From: an uncultured delta proteobacterium
GTDB taxonomy: Bacteria; Desulfobacterota; Syntrophobacteria; Syntrophobacterales; Syntrophobacteraceae
NCBI GenBank assembly: GCA_963808625.1
Contig: CAWEHK010000043.1
Location: 83,405-147,404 of the forward strand
Length of the DNA stretch: 64,000 nucleotides
Direction of reading: 5' to 3'
Shown here: piece after piece, positions 44,998-56,209 of the stretch
Layout of the letters: each line of letters begins with the position of its first letter
How positions within the stretch are numbered: position 1 is the first letter of the stretch
Position numbers and translations under genes: made by a program
Notes under the pieces: generated by a model
What the model saw: the letters and a program-made list of their open reading frames with translations, nothing else
The model's database searches: none
What the model was told of the DNA's origin: nothing

Positions 44998-46992
44998 TTA
45001 GCCCTCTGCGGCCCTTCGGTCTTCCATGCTGAAGAGTTTGCGTTCGCGTTCCCCCATGATGCCCAAAGCCGCTCGCTTTTTGTCGATATGCGCAATCATC
45101 AGGTGCGCTATTTCGTATGGATCGGTAGCGAAACCCCACTTGCCGAAACCCTGGGTCTCGAGATCTTCAAACAGCAGCTTGTGGAATTTGGTGCCTTCCA
45201 CGATGGGGAAGGTGACCCCAAAAACGGTGAAGACTCCCGAGGCGACGAAGTATTGACCGATGCAAATGGCCTTTTCGCTCATGTACTCGGGCGCGCAACC
45301 CGCCACCGGAAGGTCGGCTATGCTGTCGCCGAGTCCGCCGATGCGGACCATTTCCGCGCAGGCAATCAGAATACGACTGTTGTCTACGCACGACCCAAGA
45401 CTGAGAACCGGGGGCATGCCCACCGTCTCACACACCTCCCGCAGGCCGTCGCCGGCCAGCACGGCGGCATCGGGTTTCATCAACCCGGCCTTGGCCAGGG
45501 CAATCTGCGAGCATCCCGTCTGCACCACCAGAACGTTGTGCTTGATCAGTTCCTTGACCAGGGTGACATGCACGTAATCCTGCTTCACGCGGGGATTGGT
45601 GCAGCCCACGACACCCGCAACTCCACGGATGCGGCCGTTGATGATGTTTTCGTTGAGGGGCGTGTACGATCCCCGGAAGGTGCCGCCCAGCATGTAATTG
45701 ATGTATTCATGGGAGAACCCGTGCACCCCCATGTCCTTGCGGCTGGGTATCACCACGCGGGCCGGGCGGTTCTTGAAGCGCTCGATGGCCAGCCCGATTA
45801 TCTCGTTGGGAGCTGCCTCCGGTTGGTGTTCGTGGAATTGGATGTGGGTCGCTCCCTCGATCTTGCATCGCGGGTTGGTGGTGAAGAATCTCGTGCCGTA
45901 GCACTCGGATAGCGTTGCCAGTGACTGCATGATGCACTGAACATCCACCGCCATGGCATCCACCGCGCCCGTGGCAATCACCGGCTCGACGCTGAGGAAA
46001 TTCCCGGCATGGGGAATCCCGTGACGGCCCAGGGCTTCAGCCCCGGAACAGCACATGCCCAGCAGATTGACCCCTTTTGCTCCCGCTGCTTTCGCCTGTT
46101 CGATAATGGCGGGATCACTCGTGGCAGCGATCATGGCTTCAAAGAGCAGCGGTTCGTGGCCGTGGATGATGATGTTCACCTGGTCTTCCTTGAGAAACCC
46201 CATATTCACGCCGGCGATGTGGGGCGTCGGGGTGCCGAAGAGAATATCGGTGATTTCCGTGGCCACCATGGACCCGCCCCAGCCGTCCGCCAGGGCCGTG
46301 CGCGAGCATTGCTTCACGATATTCTCGTAATCCTGGTCAACGCCCATGTGGCTGCGGTGCATGATCTCCATGATTTCGCGCATCGCCCCACGGGGCACGA
46401 CGCCATGCTTTCTCCAGGTCTCCAGGGTCTTTGCCGGCACCCGTTTGGCAAAAGGAATCTCACCCTCGACCTGGGTGTAGGTCCTTTCGAGTTCCTGGTA
46501 GAGGTCTTTGGCTACATCGATGACCTCGCGGCCCTCTACTTCGATCCCGATGCTGGCGGCAACACTGCGCAGCTTCTTCTCATCCTTGATCCGGAAGCCC
46601 TTGATATTGCCGTTGACCACTTCCCGGAACACATCGAGCATCCCCATACCGTGGTCCGTGTGGGCCGCACCGCCGCTGGCCACCATGCGGGCAAAATTAC
46701 GGGCGCCGATGGTGTCAATGGTAGCGCCGCAGACGCCCACCCGGGAATACGGGTCCCGGGCGTTGAGTCGACACGGCCCCATGAAACAGTGTTTGCAGCA
46801 CGCCGACTCGGCCCCGATGGGGCAGGGTTTCATATCAAAAGCCCTCTTGATGGCCGTTTCATGGCCGTCGGCTGCCACCTTTTGCAGCATCTGGAGAGTG
46901 GTTTCGCAGGTGGTTGTGTCCCGGTAGTCGATTTCCTTGACCTTCTTGCCTTCCAAAGAAACGGCTTTCAGTTTCTTTTCCTCATCTGACAT
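44998..46992 (-). CDS. cooS: Anaerobic Ni-carbon monoxide dehydrogenase catalytic subunit
   Basis: CCKHCFMGPC, GVCGA, HGHEP, CCSG, DVQC, GCTN, TGC, GSCVDN, SEKA. Confidence 0.95.
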   Translation of the reverse strand: MSDEEKKLKAVSLEGKKVKEIDYRDTTTCETTLQMLQKVAADGHETAIKRAFDMKPCPIGAESACCKHCFMGPCRLNARDPYSRVGVCGATIDTIGARNFARMVASGGAAHTDHGMGMLDVFREVVNGNIKGFRIKDEKKLRSVAASIGIEVEGREVIDVAKDLYQELERTYTQVEGEIPFAKRVPAKTLETWRKHGVVPRGAMREIMEIMHRSHMGVDQDYENIVKQCSRTALADGWGGSMVATEITDILFGTPTPHIAGVNMGFLKEDQVNIIIHGHEPLLFEAMIAATSDPAIIEQAKAAGAKGVNLLGMCCSGAEALGRHGIPHAGNFLSVEPVIATGAVDAMAVDVQCIMQSLATLSECYGTRFFTTNPRCKIEGATHIQFHEHQPEAAPNEIIGLAIERFKNRPARVVIPSRKDMGVHGFSHEYINYMLGGTFRGSYTPLNENIINGRIRGVAGVVGCTNPRVKQDYVHVTLVKELIKHNVLVVQTGCSQIALAKAGLMKPDAAVLAGDGLREVCETVGMPPVLSLGSCVDNSRILIACAEMVRIGGLGDSIADLPVAGCAPEYMSEKAICIGQYFVASGVFTVFGVTFPIVEGTKFHKLLFEDLETQGFGKWGFATDPYEIAHLMIAHIDKKRAALGIMGERERKLFSMEDRRAAEG

Positions 46993-47078
46993 GTTGCACC
47001 TCATCCCCCCTTCGTGGGGTCTTTGTTGAAATCCGCACAATCCTGGAAGTTATGGCATCGGACCCAGCCCAGGTCCCC

Positions 47079-48023
47079 CTAAATCATCCTCTCGGTGAAG
47101 CCCTTGACCAGCTTGACCGACTCCGGGTGTCGCAAAACGACCACGTCAGCCCCCGCAAGCAGCAGGTCAACGGCCACGATCGACTCCATCAGGACGCCCC
47201 GTTTCTCGGGGTCCCCCAATTCCGGAGCATCTTCGGCACTGAGATTTGCCTCTTTGGATTTCCACACTTCGTTGCCGACGTTGACGATAATCGGCTGCTG
47301 GAGCTTCTCGTCCTCCTGGGTCAATGCTGCCTGCATGATTCTTTCCATTACCGAATAGGTGTATTCCAGGCCGTAACCCAGGCCGCCGGTGGTCGGGTCA
47401 ATGAGCATATCCTGGGTCGCGACACCCAGATTGCCAAGGAGGATATTGAGCTGTTTCGCGAGATTGACATCAATCGGTGAGGAGGCAATGACGACATGTT
47501 TGTACCCGAGGCAGGCCGCCCCAATTTGCTTGTAATCCCCTTCCTCCACGGGAGAGAGGGCCAGGCGCCTGCCGGCGCACTTCTCGGCGACCAGACGCAT
47601 CACCTCCACGTCCTTGTCATGGTTGGCGACGCCCCAGATCACCACCGGCACCGCCACGGCATTGACCACGTTCGTCACGACTTCAGCGACCTCGGCGGCG
47701 GGTCGGTTCTCGGCGTTGGGGTCCGCACTCTTGGTCTGCACCACGATGACTTCCGCGCCGTATTCATCCACGCACTTCTTGGCCCACGCCACGGGGTCAC
47801 CCAGCACATCCACGAACGGCGCTTTCGCCACCTCCGACCATTCGGCACTGGGGTCCTTGTCCCAGATTTCCATGGCTATCTTGGGCGGCCGGGGGAGTTC
47901 TGCCTCAAAGGTATGAAAGGGAAAGGCCGCTTTGCCGCCAATCGTCACCGCCTTATCCCCTTGCCCCAAGGTCACTTCTCTGATGCGTCCGGAATAGACT
48001 TGCTTAGTAGGTTGAAAAGCCAA
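47079..48023 (-). CDS. acsD: Corrinoid FeS protein, small (delta) subunit
   Basis: YSGRIREVTLG, SPIDVNLAKQLN, DPTTGGLGYGLEYTYSVMER, RHP; AGGAGG RBS. Confidence 0.95.
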   Translation of the reverse strand: MAFQPTKQVYSGRIREVTLGQGDKAVTIGGKAAFPFHTFEAELPRPPKIAMEIWDKDPSAEWSEVAKAPFVDVLGDPVAWAKKCVDEYGAEVIVVQTKSADPNAENRPAAEVAEVVTNVVNAVAVPVVIWGVANHDKDVEVMRLVAEKCAGRRLALSPVEEGDYKQIGAACLGYKHVVIASSPIDVNLAKQLNILLGNLGVATQDMLIDPTTGGLGYGLEYTYSVMERIMQAALTQEDEKLQQPIIVNVGNEVWKSKEANLSAEDAPELGDPEKRGVLMESIVAVDLLLAGADVVVLRHPESVKLVKGFTERMI

Positions 48024-48648
48024 GGCCAGGTCCTCCTTTTAATTAGTCAAGTTTGGTTTCTCATGCCACCGATCAAAACCGGTGGCCCTTTTCCGTCGAA
48101 ACCTTCTCGCGCCGGGCCGCGTTCCGCAGGCTTCAGTGCGAGCTTTGTCTTAATGATAGGGTGCGGTTTTTTGGAAATGCTGCATGATCGCGTCCGTAAA
48201 GCCCCCTCACAACTGCACTCAGTGTTGACGAGGCGCCATCCAGCCCTGTCCCGCTGAGTTGGAGGTCGACAGGTCAGGGGAGGTCAAGGGTATAAGCAGC
48301 AATAAAGAAATGGTGATTGTAAGAGCTACCGGGAGAGTAGGATATCAAAAATTCGGGGAGGTTCAGTGAAATGAACTTGTGCTCCCGTTTAGGCTCAAGG
48401 CATCTACAATCGAACTTCAATGACCCTCGGCTTCAATATAAAATTGGGTCTCAAATGTCAACCGGTTTTCCCATTTTTCTCTATTTTGCAGGGTGAGATA
48501 GTGACCGTTTAGTGCTAGAATGGTGTATAGCCCCTTTGCGAGATCACGCTGAACCAAAGCGCTTCAAGGGACTATGCAGCCAATCTCGGACAACCACCAG
48601 GTCAAAGATAGTTGGAACAAATAGTCAATCCAATGACGGAGGGCAAAG

Positions 48649-50109
48649 ATGAACAAAACTGTTTTACACCCCTTGCACCCTGCACCCCTCATCATTTTCA
48701 GCCTTTTGACGGCAGCCGCATTGTTGGCCTTCACGGTGAACTTTTCGCAAGCCCAGGAAAGCCTCTGGAGAGGGAGGATTAATCTGGTTACCGCCATTGA
48801 ACAGGTTGCCAAACAGAATATCCCCGCCGTGGTTCATATCGAGGTGACCGAGCGCAAAGAGGTGGACAATCCTTTTTTGCCCTTCGCAAATGACCCTTTC
48901 TTTCGCCGCTACTTTAACCTGCCCAAAAAGATGCCGAAGAAGTTCAAGCAGGAAATCGTCGGCCTGGGAAGCGGCGTCATCATCGATACCCATGGCCACA
49001 TTCTTACGAACAACCATTTGGTTGCGGGAGCGAACAAGATCCAGGTGGTGATGGCTAACGGGCAGTCTCTGTCCGGGACCTCCGTAACGCTGGTGGGAAC
49101 GGATGCGAAAACAGATCTCGCCGTAATCCAAATTCCCGTGACCGATGCCATGCCCCACGTGACCTTCGGCGATTCCGACAAGGCCGAGGTGGGGCAATGG
49201 GTGATCGCCATCGGGCACCCCCGCGGCCTCGATCAGACCGTCACTCATGGGATTATCAGCGCCAAGCACCGCCGCGGCATTACCGACCCAAGCGGCTACC
49301 AGGATTTCCTGCAAACGGACGCGCCGATCAATCCGGGCAATAGCGGCGGCCCATTGCTAAATCTCTACGGAGAAGTGATCGGCATCAACTCCGCGATCGC
49401 CTCCGAATCCGGAGGCTCGGAAGGGATTGGCTTTGCCATCCCCAGCAACATGGCGGTGCACATCAGCAAGGAACTGATTGCCCATGGCAAAATCGAGCGC
49501 GGGTGGGTGGGTGTGAGCATCCAGGACCTCACCCCCGAACTGGTGCAAAAACTTGGCTTGCCAAACTCGAAGGGAGTCTACATTGCCGGCGTTTTCCAGG
49601 ACAGTCCGGCTGATCGGACGGGATTGAAAGAAGGAGACGTCATCATTGCCTACCAGGGCAAAGAAATCCCCGATGCCGGGACCTTCCGAAATGATGTGGC
49701 GACAGCCTTGATTGGCCAGGAAGTGAAGATTTCCGTGGTGCGGGAAGGCCGGAAGCAAGACTTCCTCGTGCAGGTGGGAAGCCAGGAGGAGCAGAAAAGG
49801 ATCCTGGCGGCGTCCCTCCGAGAAAGATTCGGCATTACCGTTCGGCGACTCACCACGAAAGAGATCAAAAAGTATGAATTGGGACCCGATCAGGGGGTTG
49901 CGGTCGCCGAGATCGCTCCCAAAAGCCCTTTTGCCAAGATCAGGTTCACCGCCGGTGACATCATCCTCCAGCTTGACGACGAATGGATCGATGACCCCGA
50001 GGAACTGGCCGCCATGCTGGCTGCTCTGCCAAGCCGCGAGAAGGTGACGGTCCTTGCCATCGACCACAAAAACGGCAAAACGGGTTATCTCACCCTGGTG
50101 CTTCCATGA
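48649..50109 (+). CDS. htrA: Do/HtrA-family serine endopeptidase with two PDZ domains
   Basis: GSGVII, TNNH, DLAV, LQTDAPINPGNSGGPL. Confidence 0.92.
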   Translation: MNKTVLHPLHPAPLIIFSLLTAAALLAFTVNFSQAQESLWRGRINLVTAIEQVAKQNIPAVVHIEVTERKEVDNPFLPFANDPFFRRYFNLPKKMPKKFKQEIVGLGSGVIIDTHGHILTNNHLVAGANKIQVVMANGQSLSGTSVTLVGTDAKTDLAVIQIPVTDAMPHVTFGDSDKAEVGQWVIAIGHPRGLDQTVTHGIISAKHRRGITDPSGYQDFLQTDAPINPGNSGGPLLNLYGEVIGINSAIASESGGSEGIGFAIPSNMAVHISKELIAHGKIERGWVGVSIQDLTPELVQKLGLPNSKGVYIAGVFQDSPADRTGLKEGDVIIAYQGKEIPDAGTFRNDVATALIGQEVKISVVREGRKQDFLVQVGSQEEQKRILAASLRERFGITVRRLTTKEIKKYELGPDQGVAVAEIAPKSPFAKIRFTAGDIILQLDDEWIDDPEELAAMLAALPSREKVTVLAIDHKNGKTGYLTLVLP

Positions 50110-50148
50110 GCAGCCTGCCGAAAGGCCGCAAGTTCACTTCCGGACGCG

Positions 50149-50256
50149 TCAGGAACCCTTGGACGCCTTCTTGGATTTCTTTTCGGCTTTCTTTTCTTTC
50201 ATGGTCTTCGCCGGTTTCTTCTTGTCGTCTTTCTTCGTATCCATGGCTTTGCTCAT
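50149..50256 (-). CDS. Small lysine-rich protein (35 aa), absent from the ORF track
   Basis: MSKAMDTKKDDKKKPAKTMKEKKAEKKSKKASKGS*; AAGGAG 8 nt upstream of ATG. Confidence 0.65.
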   Translation of the reverse strand: MSKAMDTKKDDKKKPAKTMKEKKAEKKSKKASKGS

Positions 50257-50801
50257 TGTCTTTGCTCCTTATGATCCAGGTCAAACTCTGGGTATTCTTC
50301 CTTTCTGAAATGCGGCAAAGTCCGCGCAGCGAGTCCTGCATCCTGTCTACAGGGTTGTTCTCCCGCACCTTCAAGACATGGCGTACCCACGATTTCACTG
50401 GCGGGTTGGAAAACCCGCCCTCCGTTACTGTTCTGCAGTACCTTTGGGGCCTCGCCCACTTAACGCTGCGCCGGCTTTGGGGGGCCGTCAGCATCGGGGT
50501 TGGCTTTAGGGAGCGCATCCCCGCGTTTGGAACCTATTACCTGATAACGGCAAACTCTGCAATATGTACGCGTGCCTGGGCGCATCTATGCTGAGTACGC
50601 CCCCGCATAAATGGGTGTCCGAATGCCACTCGTCATTCCCGCGTGTTTCGGGCGGGAATCCAGGCTGTGCAAATTCCCTGGATTCCCGCTAAGAGCATGC
50701 GGGAATGACGACCGGGTGGTAATGGACACTTTATTCTGCTGTGCTGTACTAAGCAAGGTTGGCTGCCCAATGAGCGGCCCGAACCAAGGGAAGGAGTCAC
50801 C

Positions 50802-51237
50802 ATGATGACCGAGCCCCAACCCCCGGCCCCATATCGCCTCCAGCCGATCGGATTCGTACGATCAAGCCTCAAGCGGCGAGAAGACTGCCCGCACCAGGGC
50901 TTCGAAGGAGCTCCCGAAGCCTGGGTGGAAATCGAACCGGCGTTTACCGCCGGCCTTGACGGCATCAGCCCCGGTTCCGAAGTAATTTTGATCACCTGGT
51001 TCCACGAGGCCCGGCGCGACATCCTGAAGGCTCCACCCGCGAGCCAATCCGAAAAACCCCCTTCGCGGAGTCTTTACCACCCGGTCGCCCGACCGCCCGA
51101 ACCCCATCGGCCTTCACCGTGTCGAAGTGCTGGAGATCAAGGAGGGGCGGCTGCTCCGGGTACACCCCCTGGAAGCCATGGACGGGACGCCGGTCATCGA
51201 CATCAAATCGGTCCTGCGTCAATCCTCCGACGCTTAG
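50802..51237 (+). CDS. trmO: TrmO/TsaA tRNA methyltransferase-family protein, frameshift near 51030
   Basis: PIGFVRS; second frame GVFTTRSPDRPNPIGL...DGTPVIDIK. Confidence 0.88.
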
Positions 51238-51516
51238 TACTACAACGAGGTTTCCGCAGGGGGCCTTAATCTGTGGGGCAGGCTTTCCGGCCTGCCTTTT
51301 GGCCGCTTCGGCATGGCCGGCTGGAAAGCCTGCCCCACACGGAATTGGAGTTTCACCAAAGTACCGTTGTAGTATTAGGAGGCGGTCTGAAAAACGCGTG
51401 TTTCGGGCAGTGATAAACCCTGTATGCGTCACGCCAAGTTTTCTGCCCCCCCGATGATCATTGCGGCCACCCTGAGTGACAAGTGATAGACCCAATATGC
51501 GTCACGCCAAGTTTTC

Positions 51517-51745
51517 TGCCCTGAAGGGGCTTCATAAATCAGCCCAGGGTCAGCGACAGCGCCACCCTGGGAAGCCAAGAGCCAAGTACAGCAAGAATAT
51601 CTACCCTGAAAGGGTTACATAAAATATACCGACACCACGATTTATTTAACCCCTTCAGGGTAAGGGAAAAGGGGATTGGGCTTTTCCCATCCCAGGGTGG
51701 CGCTGTTGCTGACCCTGGGCTATCTTATGAAGCCCTTTCAGGGCA
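51517..51745. repeat. Palindromic dispersed repeat (copy 3, inverted orientation)
   Basis: Same element as 3852-4068. Confidence 0.85.
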
Positions 51746-51789
51746 AACTTTCTTCGACTGCCGACCAGCCAGGAGTTGGTTTGTTGTCA

Positions 51790-52449
51790 TTATGGTCGAG
51801 GCGGGACTGAACCCAGGACGCTGTTCACAAATTCGGTCCTGGCATCGGGGTCCTCAATGACGAAATCCACGATCGCATCCAACTGATCCATGACCTGCCG
51901 AACCACGGCATCGCGCCTCTTCGCATCGGGTTCATCCTTCACCTGCAACTGCAGCCAGATCACCTTGGTAAGCAGCAGGGCAAGGTCCGATGAGGCCCCG
52001 TATATCGCCGACATCCTTTCGGCTGCCAGATCAACCTTGGCCGTGTGTTCTTTCAGGCTCAATTCGTGTATTTTCAGTTTCTCTTCAGCTTTCTTAACGC
52101 TGTCCAAAAGCGCTTCGGCATACTTTATTCCGGCATCCAGCTTTTCCGTGGTCGCGTTCAAATCGGAAATGGCGGTCCTGATGGCTTGCCTCTGGTATTC
52201 CACCTCCTTCCGGAGATCTTCGAGGGCCTCATCTTTAACCTGATTGACCTCGCTCTGGAAAAGCGCCAGTCCCGGAACTTCCCATCGTGCCTTCGCAAGC
52301 AGGTCATAATTGGCGATTGCCAGTCCGGCAAGCAGAGAGAAGGCCAGAAGGACAGCGGTCAAACCCGTGCCTATGAGCCTCTTGACCGCCAGCACAATCG
52401 CTGAACTGCACACGATAAGAAAGACGATCAGACCTGTGAGTTCCTTCAT
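51790..52449 (-). CDS. Hypothetical membrane-anchored coiled-coil protein
   Basis: Two N-terminal hydrophobic segments followed by a charged helical region. Confidence 0.65.
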   Translation of the reverse strand: MKELTGLIVFLIVCSSAIVLAVKRLIGTGLTAVLLAFSLLAGLAIANYDLLAKARWEVPGLALFQSEVNQVKDEALEDLRKEVEYQRQAIRTAISDLNATTEKLDAGIKYAEALLDSVKKAEEKLKIHELSLKEHTAKVDLAAERMSAIYGASSDLALLLTKVIWLQLQVKDEPDAKRRDAVVRQVMDQLDAIVDFVIEDPDARTEFVNSVLGSVPPRP

Positions 52450-52699
52450 TTAACAGACTCTTCTTCAAGAATTGGTTACCATGACATAACCCATTTTGAT
52501 TTTCCTTTGAAGTGGGTGCAAAATGGGTTAGCCTCTTCATGACAGTTCTTTATTTAGTCTTTTTGTTATGTTAACCGGATTGAGGTTACCAAATTGGGAA
52601 CCATTTTTCCATTGAAATGCGACCGCTTTCCCGGAGTCTTGATCTTATCTCCTGAAACCACTACCTTGTAAACCCCGTGCAACCATGGAGGAGACATCA

Positions 52700-53796
52700 A
52701 TGCCCAGAAAAGAGATCGATCTTCCCTACCATGTGGACCATCTTGCCATCCTCGATCAGGACGGACAGGTGGACAGCGACCTGGAGCCGTCCCTTGCCGA
52801 GGAGGTCCTCCTCAGAATGCATCGGACGATGGTCCTGGCCCGCCGATTCGACGAGCGGATGCTCACCCTCCAGCGCCAGGGTCGGATCGGGACTTTTGCC
52901 CCGATCAAGGGCCAGGAGGCTCAGATTGGCGCCGCTGTGGTGCTGGAGCCGGATGACTGGCTGGTCCCGTCGTTTCGCGAAATGCCCGCCGAACTCTGGC
53001 GCGGGAAAAGCCTCGAGAGCATCCTGCTCCTCTACGGCGGCTACAATGAGGGCGGCTACGTTCCCGAGGGGCTCAACAACCTGCCCGTCGCCATTCCCGT
53101 TGGCAGCCAGACCCTCCATGCCGCGGGCCTCGCTTACGCCATCAAGTACCGCAGGCAAAAGCAGGTAGCCATGACGTTTTTTGGCGATGGGGCGACTTCC
53201 GAAGGCGACTTCCACGAAGCGATGAATTTTTCGGCCGTTTTTCAGGTACCGGTGGTTTTCGTGGTGCAGAATAACCATTGGGCCATCTCCGTCCCGCGGT
53301 CGCGACAGACGCGTTCGAAAACCCTGGCGCAAAAGGCCCTGGCTTATGACATGCCGGGCCTCCAGGTTGACGGCAATGACGTCCTGGCCGTTTATGCCGC
53401 AGCCCGGGAAGCCGTCGACCGGGCCCGTGCGGGGGGCGGTCCCAGCCTGATCGAATGTGTCACCTACCGGATGTCCATGCACACGACCGCCGATGACCCG
53501 AAGAAGTATCGCACGGAAGAAGAGGTCGAGGAATGGGTCAAACGCGATCCAATCGCCAGATTCCAAAAGTACCTTACGGACAAGGGCCTTCTCACGGCAG
53601 AAGCCGATCGCCGGGGTCGAAGCTGAGGTCCAAAGCGAGATCAAAGCAGCGGAGGAGCGGTGGGCTCAGCAGGTCGAGAAAGCCACTCGAGCCCCTGGAC
53701 ATGTTTGCACACGCGTTCGCCGAAATGCCCCCTCACCTTCTCGCTCAACGAGAAGAACTGCGGCAGGAGCTCGCCGGTCGGAAAAAGGCGGAGTAA
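52700..53796 (+). CDS. pdhA: Pyruvate/2-oxoacid dehydrogenase E1 alpha subunit, frameshifted near the 3' end
   Basis: LQRQGRIGTF, GQEA, FFGDGATSEGDFHEAMN...QNN TPP motif, HTTADDP. Confidence 0.9.
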
Positions 53797-53864
53797 GAGG
53801 CATTTTCACGATGCGGGAGTCACGGCCCACCCTAATGAAGTCCCAATTGCAGAGGAGAGTGACA

Positions 53865-54845
53865 ATGGCTAAGATGACTATGGTCCAGGCCCTCAATCTG
53901 GCCTTGCATCAGGAAATGGAAAAGGATGACCGGGTCGTCGTTCTGGGCGAAGATGTCGGCTTGGACGGCGGCGTTTTTCGTGTCACCGACGGTTTGATTC
54001 ACAAATTCGGAGCGGAACGCGTGATCGACACGCCCCTTGCCGAATCCGGTATTGCCGGTTTTTCGATCGGGATGGCGTTGTACGGGCTCAGGCCGGTTTG
54101 CGAAATGCAATTTTCGGGGTTCAGTTATTTCGCCATGCACCAGATGGAGTCCCATGCGGCGCGCCTGCGGTGGCGCTCCCAGGGGCGTTTTTCGGTCCCG
54201 ATGGTGCTGCGTGCGCCATGCGGCGGGGGGGTGCGAGCCCTCGAACACCATTCGGAGAGCCGCGAAGCATACTGGGCCCATACCCCGGGCCTCAAAATGG
54301 TGATCCCCTCTTCGCCCCGAAATGCCCGGAGTCTGCTCATCAGTGCCATACGCGACCCCGACCCGGTCGTTTTCTATGAACCGAAAGCGGTCTATCGGGC
54401 GTTCCGGGAGGAGGTCCCGGAAGCCGAGGAAACCTTCCCCATCGGCAAGTCACAACTCGTGCGCGAAGGGAATGATATCACCCTTATTTCCTATGGCGCC
54501 ACGCTCCACCCGACCCTCGAAGCCGCTTCCGAACTGCACGAGAAGCACGGCATCGAGGCTGACGTCATCGATTTGCTGACCATCTCCCCGCTCGACGACG
54601 AACTCTTCACCAGCTCGGCCCGCAAAACGGGGCGGGTGGTGGTCGTGCACGAGGCGCCCCGCAGTTTCGGCCCTGGCGCCGAGGTCGTCGCCCGCCTGGT
54701 GGAGAAGGCCTTTCTCTACCTGGAAGCTCCCATCCGAAGAGTCACCGGGTTTGATATCGTCATCCCGCTCTTCCAGAGGGAACAGGAATACTTGCCCGGC
54801 GTTTATCGCATTGTCCAGGCCGTCCGGGAAACCTTGAACTTCTGA
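53865..54845 (+). CDS. pdhB: E1 beta subunit
   Basis: GEDVG..GGVFRVT, DTPLAE, EMQF, EHHSES, DPDPVVFYEPK. Confidence 0.9.
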   Translation: MAKMTMVQALNLALHQEMEKDDRVVVLGEDVGLDGGVFRVTDGLIHKFGAERVIDTPLAESGIAGFSIGMALYGLRPVCEMQFSGFSYFAMHQMESHAARLRWRSQGRFSVPMVLRAPCGGGVRALEHHSESREAYWAHTPGLKMVIPSSPRNARSLLISAIRDPDPVVFYEPKAVYRAFREEVPEAEETFPIGKSQLVREGNDITLISYGATLHPTLEAASELHEKHGIEADVIDLLTISPLDDELFTSSARKTGRVVVVHEAPRSFGPGAEVVARLVEKAFLYLEAPIRRVTGFDIVIPLFQREQEYLPGVYRIVQAVRETLNF

Positions 54846-54859
54846 GGGGAGGAGGAACC

Positions 54860-56206
54860 ATGCCAAGAGAATTCAGGCTCCCTGATCTTGGAGAAGGCAT
54901 TCACGAAGGCGAAGTGATCGAAGTCCTCGTGTCGGTGGGGGATAGGGTGATCGATGGAAATCCGATTCTCGTGGTTGAAACCGACAAAGCAACCACCGAA
55001 ATACCTTCTCCGGTGACCGGGGTGGTGCAGGAAATCCGTGTCAAACCCGGTGACATGGTCAAGGTGGGCGACGTGCTGATGGTTTTCCTGGAAGAAGGGG
55101 AAACCACGGCGCCTCGCAAAGCGAAGGAACGCGACGGAAGGCGAAGAGCTCGAGGAGGCACCAATGCGGGCCGGAGAGGGCCGCACCGGACGCCGCGCCG
55201 GTGCGCGGCCGAAGCAGCCCATGAAGAAGCCGCAGGACCGGCTGCAGCCGCGCCATCAACCCGCCGCCTTGCCCGCGAACTGGGCGTCGACCTTGGCCAG
55301 GTCCCGCCGACCGGGCCGGGCGGCCGGGTGACCCCTGAGGATGTGCGCGCCTTCGCCAAGCGTCTTGAGCCCGCTCCCGAACCACCCCCGCCGCCCGTGC
55401 CCCCGCTGGCAGAAGCTAGCGTTGCCACAGATGGAGCCGAGCCCGCCCCTGCCGCAGCGAAAGCTCCATCGCTTCCCGATTTTGGTCGCTGGGGGCCCAT
55501 TGTTCGCGAACCCTTGCGCTCCGTGCGGCGGGCCACAGCCAGACACATGGCTTTGGCCTGGTCGCAAATCCCCCACGTTACCCATCAGGACGTGGTGGAT
55601 ATCACCGAACTGGAAGCGTTCCGTCGCCGGCACAAAGCGGAGATCCAGGCGCAACAGGGGGCGCTCAGCCTGACGGTCTTTGCCATGAGAGCGGCGGTGG
55701 CGGCGCTGAAAGCCTACCCGCGATTCAACGCCAGTCTCGATACCGACGGGGAAGAGGTGATCTTGAAGCAGTATTACCATATCGGCGTGGCGGTGGACAC
55801 GGAACGCGGCCTCATCGTCCCGGTGGTCCGCGATGTTGACCGCAAGAGCATCACCCAGCTCGCTCTGGAGCTCAATGACCTGGTGGTGCGTGGTCGGGCC
55901 GGGAAGATCGAGCGCGAGGAACTGATCGGCGGCACTTTCACCATTACCAATATCGGCGTTTTGGGGGGGACCGGGTTTACCCCCATCGTCAACTACCCCG
56001 AGGTGGCCATCCTCGGCATGGCCAGGGCGAGCCTGCAGCCCGTGGTAAGAGGCGATGCCGAAAACTTCGAGATCGCCCCACGCCTGATGCTGCCACTCAT
56101 CCTCGGTTTTGATCATCGCGTGGTGGACGGCGCCGACGCCGCACGCTTTCTGGGAATGATCATGGAGGCCCTGGGCAACCCCGAGGAATTGTTGATGATG
56201 ATTTAG
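54860..56206 (+). CDS. E2 dihydrolipoamide acyltransferase
   Basis: Lipoyl domain ETDKA; E3-binding RRLARELGVDL; FDHRVVDGA. Confidence 0.92.
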   Translation: MPREFRLPDLGEGIHEGEVIEVLVSVGDRVIDGNPILVVETDKATTEIPSPVTGVVQEIRVKPGDMVKVGDVLMVFLEEGETTAPRKAKERDGRRRARGGTNAGRRGPHRTPRRCAAEAAHEEAAGPAAAAPSTRRLARELGVDLGQVPPTGPGGRVTPEDVRAFAKRLEPAPEPPPPPVPPLAEASVATDGAEPAPAAAKAPSLPDFGRWGPIVREPLRSVRRATARHMALAWSQIPHVTHQDVVDITELEAFRRRHKAEIQAQQGALSLTVFAMRAAVAALKAYPRFNASLDTDGEEVILKQYYHIGVAVDTERGLIVPVVRDVDRKSITQLALELNDLVVRGRAGKIEREELIGGTFTITNIGVLGGTGFTPIVNYPEVAILGMARASLQPVVRGDAENFEIAPRLMLPLILGFDHRVVDGADAARFLGMIMEALGNPEELLMMI

Positions 56207-56209
56207 AAG

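Noticed and set aside
48330..48440. 6S RNA, THF, cobalamin or ZTP riboswitch
   Set aside because: Only short fragments resemble these motifs; the full consensus elements were not found
51423..51521. 26-bp direct repeat TATGCGTCACGCCAAGTTTTCTGCCC as an att site
   Set aside because: No integrase or tRNA nearby; it abuts a dispersed repeat and is more likely an insertion scar
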